Made by a program: the position numbers and the translations under genes. DNA of 64,000 nt from Octopus sinensis (Eukaryota): the NCBI RefSeq assembly GCF_006345805.1, contig NC_043002.1:52204001-52268000 (forward strand). Direction: 5' to 3'. The notes beneath the pieces are model-generated. The model saw only the letters and a program-made list of their open reading frames with translations, had not been told where the DNA came from and ran no database searches. The number at the start of each line of letters is the position of its first letter. Within the stretch, counting starts at the first letter, position 1. This document shows, in pieces, positions 27,919-41,331 of this stretch.

Positions 27919-28257
27919 GTGTCTCTAAAAGAAATGGAGAAACTTTCAAAATACAAAGACCTGGAAATAGAGGAAACCAGAATGTGGAATCTAAAAACAG
28001 AAACAATTCCTATCATAGTAGGTGCATTAGGCATGATAAAAAAATATTCAGACAAATACATAACAAAAACACCAGGACTTACAAACACATATAACATACA
28101 GAAAATTGCACTACTAGGCACTGCACACATCCTACGCAGAACACTTTCCATACAATAACCATCAGAGCATCATAACAAATCACAGCACATACCCAAGGCA
28201 CACAGAGCTGCGCTCGGTAGTGAAGTGAAAGCACGCTATAAAAATAAAACTACTGAA
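27919..28257 (+). mobile_element. 5'-truncated RLE-type (R4/Dong-like) non-LTR retrotransposon end within (TAA)n
   Basis: SLKEMEKLSKYKDLEIEETRMWNLKTETIPIIVGALG...QKIALLGTAHILRRTLSIQ*, flanked on both sides by TAA repeats. Confidence 0.8.
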
Positions 28258-28713
28258 TGATAATAATAATAATGGTAAAAGAAGAGTAGTCTTTGCCTCC
28301 CAATGCCTTGGAGCTGATAAAATGAATATCAATCCGATACTGAGTGAATTCCTTTGGTAGTTATTTCCCTTTAAAATGTATGGCCTTATACCTATATATG
28401 AACACAATTTATTATACGAAGTGTATAACATTTATAATGTATATACAAAGGTGAAACTTCTCAAAGAGATTTGTCTGTTAAAAACACATGGCTTGATCAG
28501 AATATCAGCGGATTGTCAGACACGGTGTTTCGACCTAATTTAGTCTCCTCGATGACGACTTTATCACTTCCCCTTTCCTTTCGCATATTTTAAGCTATGT
28601 AGAAAAGATATTCGCTCAGATGTTTATATCGGGAAAGCTAGCCAAGCTAGAATTAAATTAATATACACACTTAAAACAGCGTTAGATCAAATTGCTGACG
28701 TGCATAACATTTA

Positions 28714-29117
28714 GGCGCAGGAGTGGCTGTGTGGAAAGTAGCTTGTTTACCAACCACATGGTTCCGGGTTCAGTCCCACTGCGTGGCACCTTGGGCAAGT
28801 GTCTTCTACTATAGTCTCGGGCCGACCAAAGCCTTGTGAGTGGATTTGGTAGACGGAAACTGCAAGAAGCCCGTCGTATATATGTATATATATATGCGTG
28901 TGTGTGTTTGTGCGTCTGTGTTTGTCCCCATAGCATTGCTTGACAACCGATGCTGGTGTGTTTATGTCCCCGTTACTTAGCGGTTCGGCAAAAGAGACCG
29001 ATAGAATAAGTACTAGGCTTACAAAAGAATAAGTTCCTGGTCGAGTTGCTCGATTAAAGGCGGTGCTCCAGCATAGCCGCAGTCAAATGACTGAAACAAG
29101 TAAAAGAGTAAAAGAGT
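28714..29117 (+). mobile_element. SINE family A
   Basis: Full-length copy from ggcgcaggagtggctgtgtgg to gtaaaagagtaaaagag. Confidence 0.88.
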
Positions 29118-30479
29118 ATAAAAATATGGAACGGTACACACTGCAATTTTTTTGTTATAGAGAAGCTTTAAAAAAAACCCTGTGTACTAAAAACACAGCT
29201 CTCGCTCAGAAGCTTTTAATACAAATCTTTCAAAAGTTTCTCTGCGACAAAATATTATAGTCAACGTCTGCATCCATATGCATAACTCTACGTAACACGA
29301 CTTTTGTTATTTCCCATTGGCTTACCCATAGAAAATATGAAAAATGGCTAATATTTCATGTTTTTGTTACATTTATTCAAACCTAAATACTCTTTCTCAG
29401 CGCATGACTGTGATGCTCCACCATTACTCCTGCTCATGATCAGAGACGCACAAATTGTCAACCACTAGAGGAAATGCTCAAGTGGTTAAGGGCAAGCAAC
29501 TGACAAGCAAATCTGTAGTATAGAGCAGAATATTTGCTATAACGATATTTCTGTTTCAGTAACTCAACACTGAATCTGTCTGAAATGTAATGGAAAATAG
29601 GTCAGTTTCAAAACATTAATGTCCCGGTCAGAAAAGCACATTTTGAAGGGAATAATAGTCATTTCTGTTGATTTCTAGATAGAAGCAAACAACAAAAACA
29701 AAATAAAAAAAAAATTTTGTTACGTAGTGCAATAAATGTTAAACAACAGTTTTATAATCTAATGCTGTTTTAAGTGCATATAATAATACAAATCGCGGGA
29801 GATGACGGAACTAGTTGAGCGATGAACAAAATTCGTAGCAAGATTTGGTTCTTCTAAGCCGAATCAGATCAATATTGTCTTTTCATCCTTCTGCGTTTGA
29901 TATCGATGGGCGAAAGTGTATGCCGTATAAATGGATCCAGTTCAGTGAATGGAATCAGTAAATTAGTCAATATATATATATTTTTATCATCATCTGTGTA
30001 TTTTATAACATACAGAATTCAGGTTCAATCCCAATGAAAGTATTATAGAAAAACATTTAAATAATGTAATATATAAAAGAGAAATGCAGTAAAAACGAAA
30101 TCAGCAAGACTATGTAGTTTAGATAAGAAGTTCGGTTCGGGAAATATTTTTACTGGGTTCGATCCGTCTGCGCGATAACGTTAGTTGTTGGAATCGGCTA
30201 CAGCCTCGTGTTGACGCAATCTTTATGAGTGAAATTTAATAGACGGAGACTGAACGGAGGGTTCATTGCGCTCGCATGTATGTATGTGTATGTGTGTGTG
30301 CGTATATTTGTGTGGGTGGGAGGGTGTGGAACATAATGCATGTATTTTGTTTTTGCGGTTACAGGATTCGTCCAGGGCTTTATAACATGCGACGTTTCAA
30401 ATCGAACCCCGCAGTCAATAAGCGCATAAACAAAATACGTACACTAAGTATAAGACATCGAGTGTCCGCAAAGTTACTA

Positions 30480-30945
30480 TACAGTTAGGCTGAAAACAAC
30501 TCTATGATACAGTTGCCCATAGAAATCAATTCACCGTGCTAGTACAGAAATTGGTATCAAACGAACATCACTACATAAAACACTTACAAAACTCAATGTT
30601 AAACCTTACACTCCGCGCCTAATTCACAGACTTCTGGAGGATGATCCTGATCGCAGGTATCAGTTTTGCGAATAGTTTGTCAGTTAAGGAAGCCATGTTT
30701 GTAAGTCAGAGGAAGCCAAGAAGTATTGAAGATCTTCCGCAGTTCATTATTGATGCATTTGCTAACCTTGATCCAGACTTGAGCACCAAAGTTTGTCACA
30801 GTCTGCTTTCACGTTGTCGAGAATGCATTGAAGCTTGCAGTTTGAACATTTAACATAACTGTAGTAAATGAAATTGCTTGCCTGTATTGTTACAATATTT
30901 TCTGATGTAATACATATATTTTCCGAGAATCTTTTTAGTCTACCC
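30480..30945 (+). mobile_element. Internally deleted Tc1/mariner relic
   Basis: KPYTPRLIHRLLEDDPDRRYQFCE is fused directly to KPRSIEDLPQFIIDAF...SRCRECIEA (transposase C-terminus). Possible degenerate TIRs: TAGGCTGAAAACAACTCT and the reverse complement TAGACTAAAAAGATTCT. Confidence 0.55.
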
Positions 30946-30994
30946 ACGATATTTCTTTATTACAAATAACTGTATCGTAACTTTACGAACATCC

Positions 30995-31035
<41 letters not shown>

Positions 31036-31396
31036 TATATATATATGTACCACAGCTGGAAATTGATTGCTCATGTGAGTAGGGGATAACCCCCTACATT
31101 TTACCCTCATAGCTGATAGGTGGCTTGACTGAAGGAGGACGACACAGCCGGAACCCGATGACAAGCACCGAAGGGAGATAATCCTCATTGTTTATATCTG
31201 TATAGTTTCCCCTCCATATTTTAAAGAGGCCATAGGCCATCGGGTCTCAGGGTCTGAAGATACGCCATAAAGGTACCCTTTAATGGCGAGAAACCCAGAG
31301 TAACCCTATATACTGGCTTTCACCAATAATTAATATAGACTGCTCTACCTCTTAGAGTATGCTTCTCCGGATTTATGCTTTTCTGAAAAAGCGATA

Positions 31397-31460
<64 letters not shown>

Positions 31461-31467
<7 letters not shown>

Positions 31468-31953
31468 TATATTAAATTAGAGATAAAACTACTATTAGGC
31501 AAATCAAACAGTGAAAAACATAAGCCAATACATAAAATTAATTTAAAAATATAAAAGTTAAAAAATTATTTAAATAATTTAAACTTATAAATTTAATATA
31601 TATAAATATATATATATATATATGTATGTATATTTTTATATTTATATATTATTAATTAATTAATTTATTTATTCTTTATCTTTTATTAAACTTTTAATAC
31701 TTTTGATATTTAAAAAAATAAATAAATAGATAAATAAATAAATTAATTAATAAATAAATAATATATAAATATAAAAATATACATACATACATATATATAT
31801 ATATTTGTATATATACATTAAATTTATAAGTTTAAATTATTTAAATAATTTTTTAAACTTTTATATTTTTAAATTAATTTAATGTATTGGCTTATGTTTT
31901 TCACTGTTTGATTTGCCTAATAGTGGTTTTATCTCTAATTAATATAATATAAT
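31461..31953. repeat. ~490-bp AT-rich palindrome
   Basis: attagagataaaactactattaggcaaatcaaacagtgaaaaacataagccaatac is mirrored at ~31880-31940. Confidence 0.88.
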
Positions 31954-32037
31954 ATAATATATTTATACTATAAAGTTGGATTTAATCCTAAATCTAATTT
32001 TTCCCTGTAAGTTTGGATTTATTCCCTAATATTATTA

Positions 32038-32084
<47 letters not shown>

Positions 32085-32277
32085 ATCCAAACAAGAAGGC
32101 ACAAAAAAAACACAACAACGCGAGGACGTGGAACAAATATAGTATTACTGGACGCTCAGGAAAGAAGGAAAGAAGGAGGGTTTAACGTTTCGAGCGGAAC
32201 TCTTCGTCGGAAACATAGAAGGAAAGTTCCAGAGAAGGGAAGACAGAGGAAAAAAATCGGTGTGTGTGTGTTATATG

Positions 32278-33100
32278 GAAAAATGCGAGCGAGGGAAATA
32301 ATATTCTTAAGATTACAAAACCTGGAAAATTACAGGACAAATTATTACACTTGGAAAAGTTCAAGACAACTTGTTACATCTGGTGCCTTGCAGCTAAGGA
32401 TAAAATATTTAGATTTGAAAATATTAGCTTTTATTAAAGCTAAAAATTTTATTACAAGTTATTACTTCGATTTGTTATTACTTTTAACTTCTATTAAAAA
32501 TTAAAATAAATCAATCAAAATAATTTTTGCACTTTAAAATAATTCATTTTAAAATTATTAATTAATAATTATAAATTTGAAAATAGGTTATAAAAATAAT
32601 AGTAGTACATAATAAGTTAGTACAATAAATAGAATAATACAAACATTAGCTATATATTACAGTAAAATCTACCTATAACTACAAATTCATAATAAAATTT
32701 ACTTGTGTTATTGCTCAAGTTATTGCCAAGACTTCACATTTTTAGTCTTGACCCAATACCTATTCTTTACATAATGAATTTGCCTACCATATATATACTA
32801 TTCTACTTTGCATAAAGCTTTAGTTATATTAGTACTCCTGGCTCTCATTTTTAAAGTATTCTGGTGTGTCAGTATTTTAACAAAATGATGGTGCCTTTTT
32901 AAAATAAAGTGTTACTTTGTAAATTAAAATCAAATAATTTTTAATATTCAAATTTTATCCTTAGCTGCAATATTTTAAGTAAAAGTTTTCTTGTTCTGTA
33001 CTTTACCAGATATCTTGAACTTTTCCAATAACTTGTCCTTTAATTTTATAATCAGGTTTATAATCTTAAGAATATTATTTCTCTTGCTCGCATTTTTCTA
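32278..33100. repeat. Diverged inverted repeat (arms ~32278-32430 and ~32945-33100)
   Basis: gaaaaatgcgagcragrgaaataatattcttaagatta occurs on opposite strands. Confidence 0.7.
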
Positions 33101-33923
33101 TGTAATCCATGTTTTTTCCAGACTATGCTATAATCTTAATTAATAATGTGTCAACTGTGTCAATTAGCAGTGTCATTGATAATTTTTTCCTTACCTCAAT
33201 GACGCCGGTGACTTATATTAAAAGTCCCCTCATGGAACTATATTCATAAAAAGGTATAGAACTATATTATCACCATCAAATTTGAGAAACAAACACTCAT
33301 AATCTTTTCTTTTAAAACTTCATTGCATGAAATTGATGCCATGAACTTTCGCAAATTGAGCTCTGTCATTTAAGTTTAATTAAAATTAAGTTTGTTTTTA
33401 AAATAAAAAAGCTAATTATACTTAAATGCAATGTTTTGCCTTACTTATATATTTTTTCATGATATTTTACTGACAACTTTTTTTATACAAATTTTTGTTG
33501 CATGGGAACAAAACTATGAAATTCTTCATGCTTTCTTCTATTATTGATGGTAAGATAAATATATTTTCGTTTTAAAATAAAAAAGTTATTTAGATCTAAA
33601 CTTGACTGGTGGCGTTACTTACTCTCCTACAACGTTGCTAGAAAGTTAAATGTAAATTTCTTTCTACTGGATCAAATCTCAAATTTTTTAATGCCAAAAT
33701 GTAGCTAGGGACCAGTTCTCTTCAAAAATGTTAACAGTTTTCAATTTCGTTAAGAACTGAATTAGCGACAAGCCCCGAAAGGTGCTGCGTGTGAGTAAAT
33801 TGCAGCCTTAAGAATATTATTCAACTACTACCGTAGTTGAATAATATATATATATATATATACAAAGGCGGTGCTCCAGCATGGCCACAGTCAAATGACT
33901 GAAACAGGTAAAAGAGTAAAAGA

Positions 33924-33963
<40 letters not shown>

Positions 33964-35167
33964 CAGTGAGCTGGCCGAGCCGTTAGCACACCTTCATGTT
34001 CTGAGATCAATTTCTGCCGAGGTCGACTTTACCTTTCATCTTCTCGGGTTTCATAAAATAAGTGCCAGTTATTACGCCACTACTCTGAAATTGCTGGCCT
34101 TGTGCCAATATTTGAAACCAATTTGGATACACAGACACGCGCGCGCGCACACACACACAAACACACATTGTTGGTGTGGGGTGTATGTACGTATTCAGGA
34201 ATGCATGTATCTTCTGCTCGTATACATCGCAAGATGAAAAAAATCTACGACACACTGTGAAGTAAATCCCTGTTCACTTCGAACGAAATTTTTTGTGCCA
34301 TGTGTTTGTCATTGAGTTTACAGAAAACTCCATCGTTTCTCCAGCCGTCTGTTCCCCTGTTTGTCTCTCTCTTCCTATCAATCTATTTGTCTCTCTGTTT
34401 ACCTGACTGTCTCTTTGTTTGTCAGCCTTTCTCTCTCACGCACAAATACATACATGCGTGCCCGAGCACTCACACATTCTCTTTTCCTTCAATTGATATG
34501 CCGGGAAGTAGTGACAGATGCGTTAAAAATCCCATAATTAACGACTTCTGTGTTCACCAGTTGTTGTACTTCATTTTTTAGCCATTTAAATAGCAAGAAA
34601 GGGCAGTGACTATAAACTTTTGCAGAGCCCTCGAGACTGGTAGCAGACAAGGGAAAGAGGTGTGCTGAAATCGGAGAATTATTATAAATCTTGCAACAGA
34701 GTGAAGCACACAAAGAGGTGGTGTTGTTCCAGGTGACAGTTCAAGTCCATAATCACAAATAGGCCACTGCAGGATTTGAACTCAGCTCACAAAGAGCAGG
34801 AACAAATACTGCGAAGCGTTTCTATCGTTGCTCTAATATTTCTGTCAGTCCTTGACATGTTTCGTTGTTTATCTCGATCCCAGAAGGATGAAAAACGAAG
34901 CTAACCACGGCAAGATTTGAACTCAGATCACAGTTTCGAAATAAATATCACAAACGCTTTTCAACCAATGTTCTAGCGTTTAGGCAATTTGCAGACAAAT
35001 AAGTTGGCATGGGTGTGTGGTTAAGAAGCTCATTTTGCAACCTTGGGATCCCGGGTTTAGTCCCAATGCTCGGATCTTAGATCTTAAGCAAGTGCTTTGT
35101 ACTATAGCCCCAGTCGACCAATGGTTCGTGTGGGTTTTGGTAGACGGAAGCTGTGAGACCACTAGTT

Positions 35168-35226
<59 letters not shown>

Positions 35227-35650
35227 ATATATTATATATATATATATAATCCTTTACTTGTTTCGGTCATTTGGGGCACCACACGGAAAGAGATTTGGTC
35301 GGAAAATAGCCCCTAATTCATTTATTAAGTCTGGTATATTTGTATCAGTTTCTTATGCAGAACAGTTTTGTTAAAGGGATGTAAATAAACCAAAATCGGT
35401 TGCGACGTCGTGGTGGTAGACAAACGAAAACACACACACACATACACACTTACAAATACATACACATACACACACATACATCTGTGGGACTAGAAGTTTG
35501 CTCCCTAACCACGTGGTTTCGGGTTCAGTACCACAGCGTGGTAACTTGAGCAAGTTTTTTTCTGCAATAGCCTCGGGACAATCAAAGCTTTGTGAGTAGA
35601 CTTGGTAGACAGAAACTGAAAGAAGCCTGTAGCCTGTTGATTGTGAGTGT

Positions 35651-35698
<48 letters not shown>

Positions 35699-36257
35699 CA
35701 TATACATATATATATGTGTGTGTGTGTATATAATATATATATATATATATGTATGTGTGTCTGTGTGCGCGTGTGCGTGTGTATGTATGTGTGTGTGTGT
35801 GTATGTGTGTGTGTGTGTTGTGTGTATATGCGTTTTGTCTGCGTTTGTAGAGTCAATTTGTTCGACTAAAATTCTTCAATGCAGTGCCCCAGTATGGCCG
35901 TAATCCAATGACTGAAACAAGTAAAAGATAAACGGTAAAAGATCTATATTAAAACTCTGTTTGTTTGTTCGTTCACACATTATAGGAGAAGAGACCGAGA
36001 GGTGAAGTATGAGAGAGAGAGAGAGAGAAGAGAGAGAGAGGAAGGGCGTGTGAAAGAGAGAGGGAGAGGGAGTGTGAAAGTGAAAGTGAGAGAGAGAGAG
36101 AGAGAGAGAGAGGGAGATAGCAGATAGCCAGCTGATACATTACACAGTTATGTAGTTTGTGAAAGTGAGAGGTGAAGAGAAAGGAAAAGGGAGAAATGTT
36201 AACGAAGTGAAGAGGGGAATTACATGGTAAAAAGCTTGTTGAGGTAAGAGGTTGAGA

Positions 36258-36332
<75 letters not shown>

Positions 36333-36524
36333 GAGAGAGATAGGAATATAAAGTGTTTAGCAGAGGGAAATTTTAGAATCATTTAATACATTATTGTGGC
36401 TGGAAGTGAAATAACTTAGCAAACAATATGATTTATATGCAATAAACATGCAAGTCATCCTGTCTTTCTTAAATAGCTCATCTTAATTTCTTTCGTTCGT
36501 GGAATTTCCATGGGTCCCGCCAGT

Positions 36525-36558
<34 letters not shown>

Positions 36559-36610
36559 ACACACACACCGAGAAAGCGTGCATGAATGAGTGAGAGAGAA
36601 AGTGAGAGAG

Positions 36611-37105
36611 AATATAAAGAAAGTCGTTAGGAGGTATCAGGCGAATATGTTTATTTCACCAGTTAATATACATAGGGTGACGGCCGTTTCGCAGCCAACA
36701 TAATTTATTTTAATGTATAATAAATTATTTTACATTTTTGCACTAGTATTCATGCTACAAATTGCATAGTTCTATTGTACATTAAAAAAAATACAGATAT
36801 AAAAAACTGACTCATTCCGATCAACAGAATATTATGATTGCATCAAATTTTCAACTACCGGATTTGAAAATTGATATTCTGTTGATCTGAAGAGCTAGCC
36901 TTCAATATCTGCATTGGTTTGTAAAATGTACAACACTACTAGGCAATTTATTGCATATATCTTAGTGCAGACATGTTAAAATAATGTATTATACACTAAA
37001 ATTATTTTTGCATGATGTTGGCTGCGAAACGGCCGTTACCCTATGGATATCAACGGGTGAAATAAATATATTTATCTCATACCTCAGGAGGACTTTCTTT
37101 ATATT
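36611..37105. mobile_element. ~495-bp imperfect fold-back element, unclassified
   Basis: The whole length is self-complementary, e.g. catagggtgacggccgtttcgcagccaacat / atgttggctgcgaaacggccgttaccctatg. Confidence 0.8.
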
Positions 37106-37262
37106 TTCTATACACGTCATGAAATAATTTTTCAGTGACTGTATTTACTGGATTTCAACGTTACACTCCTTCATATCAATTTATTATATGGCATGTAGCC
37201 AGATCCACTAAAGAAGCTTTTGTGTGATTACAACTGAATTATATAAGCTCATATATTGTACG

Positions 37263-37322
<60 letters not shown>

Positions 37323-37543
37323 ATTATATATATATATATATATAATATATATATATATATGTATGTATGTATGTATGAATGTACATGGAAGGAGATTCTT
37401 TCAGTTTTCGTCCACTAGAGTCATTCACAAGGCCTCAGTCGACCCAGGGCTTTAATTGAAGGCACTTACCCAAAATGCCGCAGAGTGACACTGAAACCGG
37501 AATCATGTGGTTGGGAAGTAAAATTCTTACCGCACCATGCTTT

Positions 37544-37607
<64 letters not shown>

Positions 37608-38111
37608 GTGTGTGTGTGTGCGTGCGTGTTTGCATTTGCTTCCTCCACTACTTGACAACGTCGGTTTGTTTACGTCCCTGTAACTTACCCGGTCACCAAA
37701 ACAGCACGATAAAATAAGTAGCGATCTTAAAAATAACTATTGAGGTCGGTTTATTCGATTAAATCCTTGAAAGCGATGCTTCAGCATGACCGCAGTCCAG
37801 TGACTGAAACAAATTATGATAAAAGATAAATATATGACAAAGCAGAAACTGAAGGAGGATAATCTGCTTTTGGCTGGTGTTTAGAATAATAAAGACATCA
37901 AGAGCAATGAGCATTGAAAAAGAATGCATAGCAGACTATTTTTGGTTATGTTCCGTCAAGGTCGACTTTATTCTTCACTTTTCCGGTATGGATAAAATCA
38001 AGAGGCTATGAACAATCATCGCCTCACTTAAAAATCTGCATCCTTCTGCCAAAATTAGAAATTATTATTATTGCCCTCATCAACTTTATATACCACTTGA
38101 AGAGAGAGAGA

Positions 38112-38169
<58 letters not shown>

Positions 38170-38624
38170 TTGTCTTCTAATATATTTTATGAAAGATTAT
38201 TGTTGTTGCTGTTTAACACCGGGTAAAGATATTCCGGTGTTAAACGGGTCAAAGATATTCCAACACGATATTCCGTAGCTCATTTTTTAATGTGTACCTA
38301 GGACTACATTATTTACTGCGTCTTTTTCTCAAATACGTCGACAGAATGGTAAAAGAAAGAATTAGGTGGCTAATTCCTGCTATTTGATTCACTAAGCCTG
38401 ATGACCCGAGCAATTCCGTTTGTGGATTTGTGTATGTGTTTTGGAGAAAGGTTCGTAGGAGATGATGTTCTTCATTGCCTTCAGTGGTTTTCCACATCTA
38501 TTATGTTTTTTTGCAATGGGGGAAGATGGTCTTGTTATTTTATTGTTCTTTATTGCATGCCGTGCCTTTCGGCCAGGGATGCAGTGTCCAGCAAAATACC
38601 GATAACAACCAGACATACGGGACT

Positions 38625-39270
38625 CGATGACTAGGTGCACAAGGGAGACGTCTTCGGGGCTGGATGGTCTGCTTTTCGAGTTTTATTTTCATATGCCAGA
38701 CTTGTTCAGTGATCTCTTGGCTGATCTCTACCGCAACTGGCAGCAGAACGGGAGAATTCCTAGTGCTGTGGACCATGGCGTGGTGGTGCTGCCGAGAAAA
38801 TACCCCCCAAAAGGGGATCAAATAGATAATTTCAGGCCCGTAGCTCTGCTGAACGCAGGTATTTTCCTCTTCGGCCAAGCTATCATCGGTATTTTCATGT
38901 TCCACTTGAAAAGGAAAGTGAGGGTGGAGAGGGAAGTGCTGTCCGTCTAGTATTGAAGGGTGGGTGAATGTGGCGAAGATGGCCCGTGTAAATGGGCATA
39001 TTCTGAACATACACCTGTTGGTCGGAGGGGATGAGAAAAAGAGAAGTGCCTGCCTGGGGTGTCCTTGGGATCAGGGTGACAGGATGTGTGGGTTTCCTTG
39101 GATGCCCCAGGGTGGAACTCACTAATTTTGGGGAATTTTATTGTTTACATTTTGTTGTTATTGTTTTTGTTGTAAACACGTACTTTTGTACCAGACAATT
39201 TGTCTCTTGTCTTGCAGTGTCCCTTTTTGTTTTGTGTCCGGCCCTTATGACCAATAAAGAAAAGATTATT
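38625..39270 (+). mobile_element. Internally deleted L1/Tx1-type LINE with intact 3' end
   Basis: SSGLDGLLFEFY...KGDQIDNFRPVALLNA is joined directly to the C-terminal FHLKRKVRVEREVL. It is followed by a 3' UTR, AATAAA and an (ATT)n tail. Confidence 0.75.
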
Positions 39271-39649
39271 ATTATTATATGTTCAAATGCATCCGAAGTC
39301 GACTTTCCATTTCATCTTTTCGGAGTCGATAAAATAAGTACCAGCTGAGCCCTGGGGTCCATGTAATCGACTAGCCCCTTCCTAAAAATCCATGGCCTGT
39401 GCCTATAGTAGAAAGAATTATTATTATTGAGGCGCCGATCTGACAGAGGAAAATGCTTAGCGACATTTCCTTCTTCACTTTCTGAGTTCAAATGTTGCCG
39501 AAGTCGACTTTGCTTACCATTCTTTCGAGATCGATAAAAATAAGTACCAGTTGATTACTGGGGACGATATAATCGGCTTGCTCCAGTCATTCAATTACTG
39601 ACCTTGAGCCAAAATTTGAAATCTATTTTATTATTTTTATTATTGCAGT

Positions 39650-39965
39650 GGCTGTTGTTGGACTGTGTGAGACGGATCTGGCTATCAACTGAATCCACTG
39701 TGAAGGTTGCCCCGCCGCCTTCTTTTAACCGGAAAGAGCAGGCAGTTTTATATGCCTGTTGGACATGGCAAAATAGGTTGTATGGTGGACGCAACTGAAA
39801 AAAGCTGAAGAAAAAATGTTTCTCTTAGGTCAATCCTCATCACTTGAAGAAGAAAACACAGATGAGGAGGTAAGTGTTGTCTTCCGTTCGTTTTGTTGAA
39901 AGGTGGATGAGAGTGGCTAGCAGGGTGCGAGTGCATTGGCCTGCTCTGAGCATACACCTTTAAAT
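39650..39965 (+). mobile_element. L1/Tx1-type LINE ORF2 3' fragment
   Basis: RIWLSTESTVKVAPPPSFNRKEQA...FVERWMRVAS, homologous to 60728-61070. Confidence 0.7.
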
Positions 39966-40252
39966 CGGAGATAGAGAGCTGAGAAAGGCCCCTGTCCTAG
40001 AAGTCAAGTGTACCCGTGCCTTTAAAGGGTTTCTCCATGAGCAGCTCTCGAACGTCTACCACATACTGAAGATACTCATTGTTAAGATTTTATCACTACT
40101 CCTTTTATCTTATTTAACCAGTTTACACGCAAACCCTCACAACACACACGCACGCACACATACGCACCCAATGTTTTGTCCTGCGCCGTCCTTAATGCTT
40201 TTCTTTATGGTCAATAAAGAAATCCTCCGTCTCCTCCTTTTCATCATCATCA

Positions 40253-40287
<35 letters not shown>

Positions 40288-40289
<2 letters not shown>

Positions 40290-40700
40290 GGCTGCGGGCT
40301 GGCAGAATTGTTTGCACGGCGAACAAAAGTCTTTGCGATATTTCGTCTGCTGTTACGTTCTGAGTTCAAATTCCGCCGAGGTCTACTTTGCCTTTCATCC
40401 TTTCGGGGTCGATTAACTAAGTACCAGTTGCGTACTGGGGTCGATGTAATCGACTTAATCCTTTTGTCTGTCCTTGTTTGTCCCCTCAATGTTTATCCCC
40501 CTCCCTTGTGGGCAATAAAGAAATAAATACTTAGCGGCATTTCGTTCGTCTTTTCGTTCTGAGTTCAAATTCCGCCGAGGCCAACTTTGCCTTTTATCCT
40601 TTCAGCGTCGATAAAATAAGTGCAAGTAGAACACTGGAGTCAATGTTATCGACTTACTCTTTCCTTCGAACAGGCTGGCCTTGTGCCAAAATATGAAAGC
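40288..40700 (+). mobile_element. SINE family B, composite form
   Basis: Head ggcggcgagctggcagaa and body ttctgagttcaaattccgccgaggtcgactttgcc, with a repeated body and two tail types. Related copies at ~17560-17760, 27200-27400, 33960-34120, 39280-39600, 42760-42910, 48590-48780, 52090-52670, 57395-57710, 58370-58580 and 60090-60470. Confidence 0.8.
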
Positions 40701-40710
40701 ATTATTATTG

Positions 40711-41291
40711 TTGAGTGAGAGATCAGTGCATGCCATCAAAGTGACACTGGGGTAAAATATACGAAGCCCAGTATACCCATCATGACTATCCGTCTGATAG
40801 AGGTACACCAGGCACATGCATCACAATCATATGTGCGCGACATGGTGATCTCATATCAAGATAAATAGCACATGACCTTGCAGGTGGGGCCCAGTTAGAA
40901 TTTTCTTCTGGTCGAGTAACCCATCCTGCTCAAAGGGTCCCTGAATAAGGGTTGTTTAAGGATGTTGAACGAAACACCCATGTTTTCAGAGGTGAATTAT
41001 TCAAACCAGAAAGAATCCCTCTCAATACATGGCTATGATGCTCCCCCACTACTTCTGCACTTGATCAGAGATGCACATATCGTCAGCCACTAAGGGACAT
41101 GCTCAACTGGTTAAGGTCAAACAACTGACAAGCAAATCTGTGGTATTGAGCAGAATATTTGGTGTAGCCCATCTTTTATACCAAGACAAAATATACATAA
41201 TAACACTTCCAATCAGTTAAGATCAGAAGCCACGAAAGCCACTGCCTGGTACTGCATCAAGGCAGAACCACTGCATAGTACTGCATCAGGG

Positions 41292-41292
<1 letters not shown>
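40711..41292 (-). mobile_element. ~580-bp non-coding interspersed element flanked by (ATT)n
   Basis: A partial homologue lies at ~29400-29550. No ORF and no tRNA head seen. The terminal motif gtactgcatca is duplicated. Strand is inferred. Confidence 0.55.

Positions 41293-41331
<39 letters not shown>

Noticed and set aside
38300-38620. Minus-strand YFAGHC resembling an RTE C-terminus
   Set aside because: Flanking residues do not fit the family pattern.
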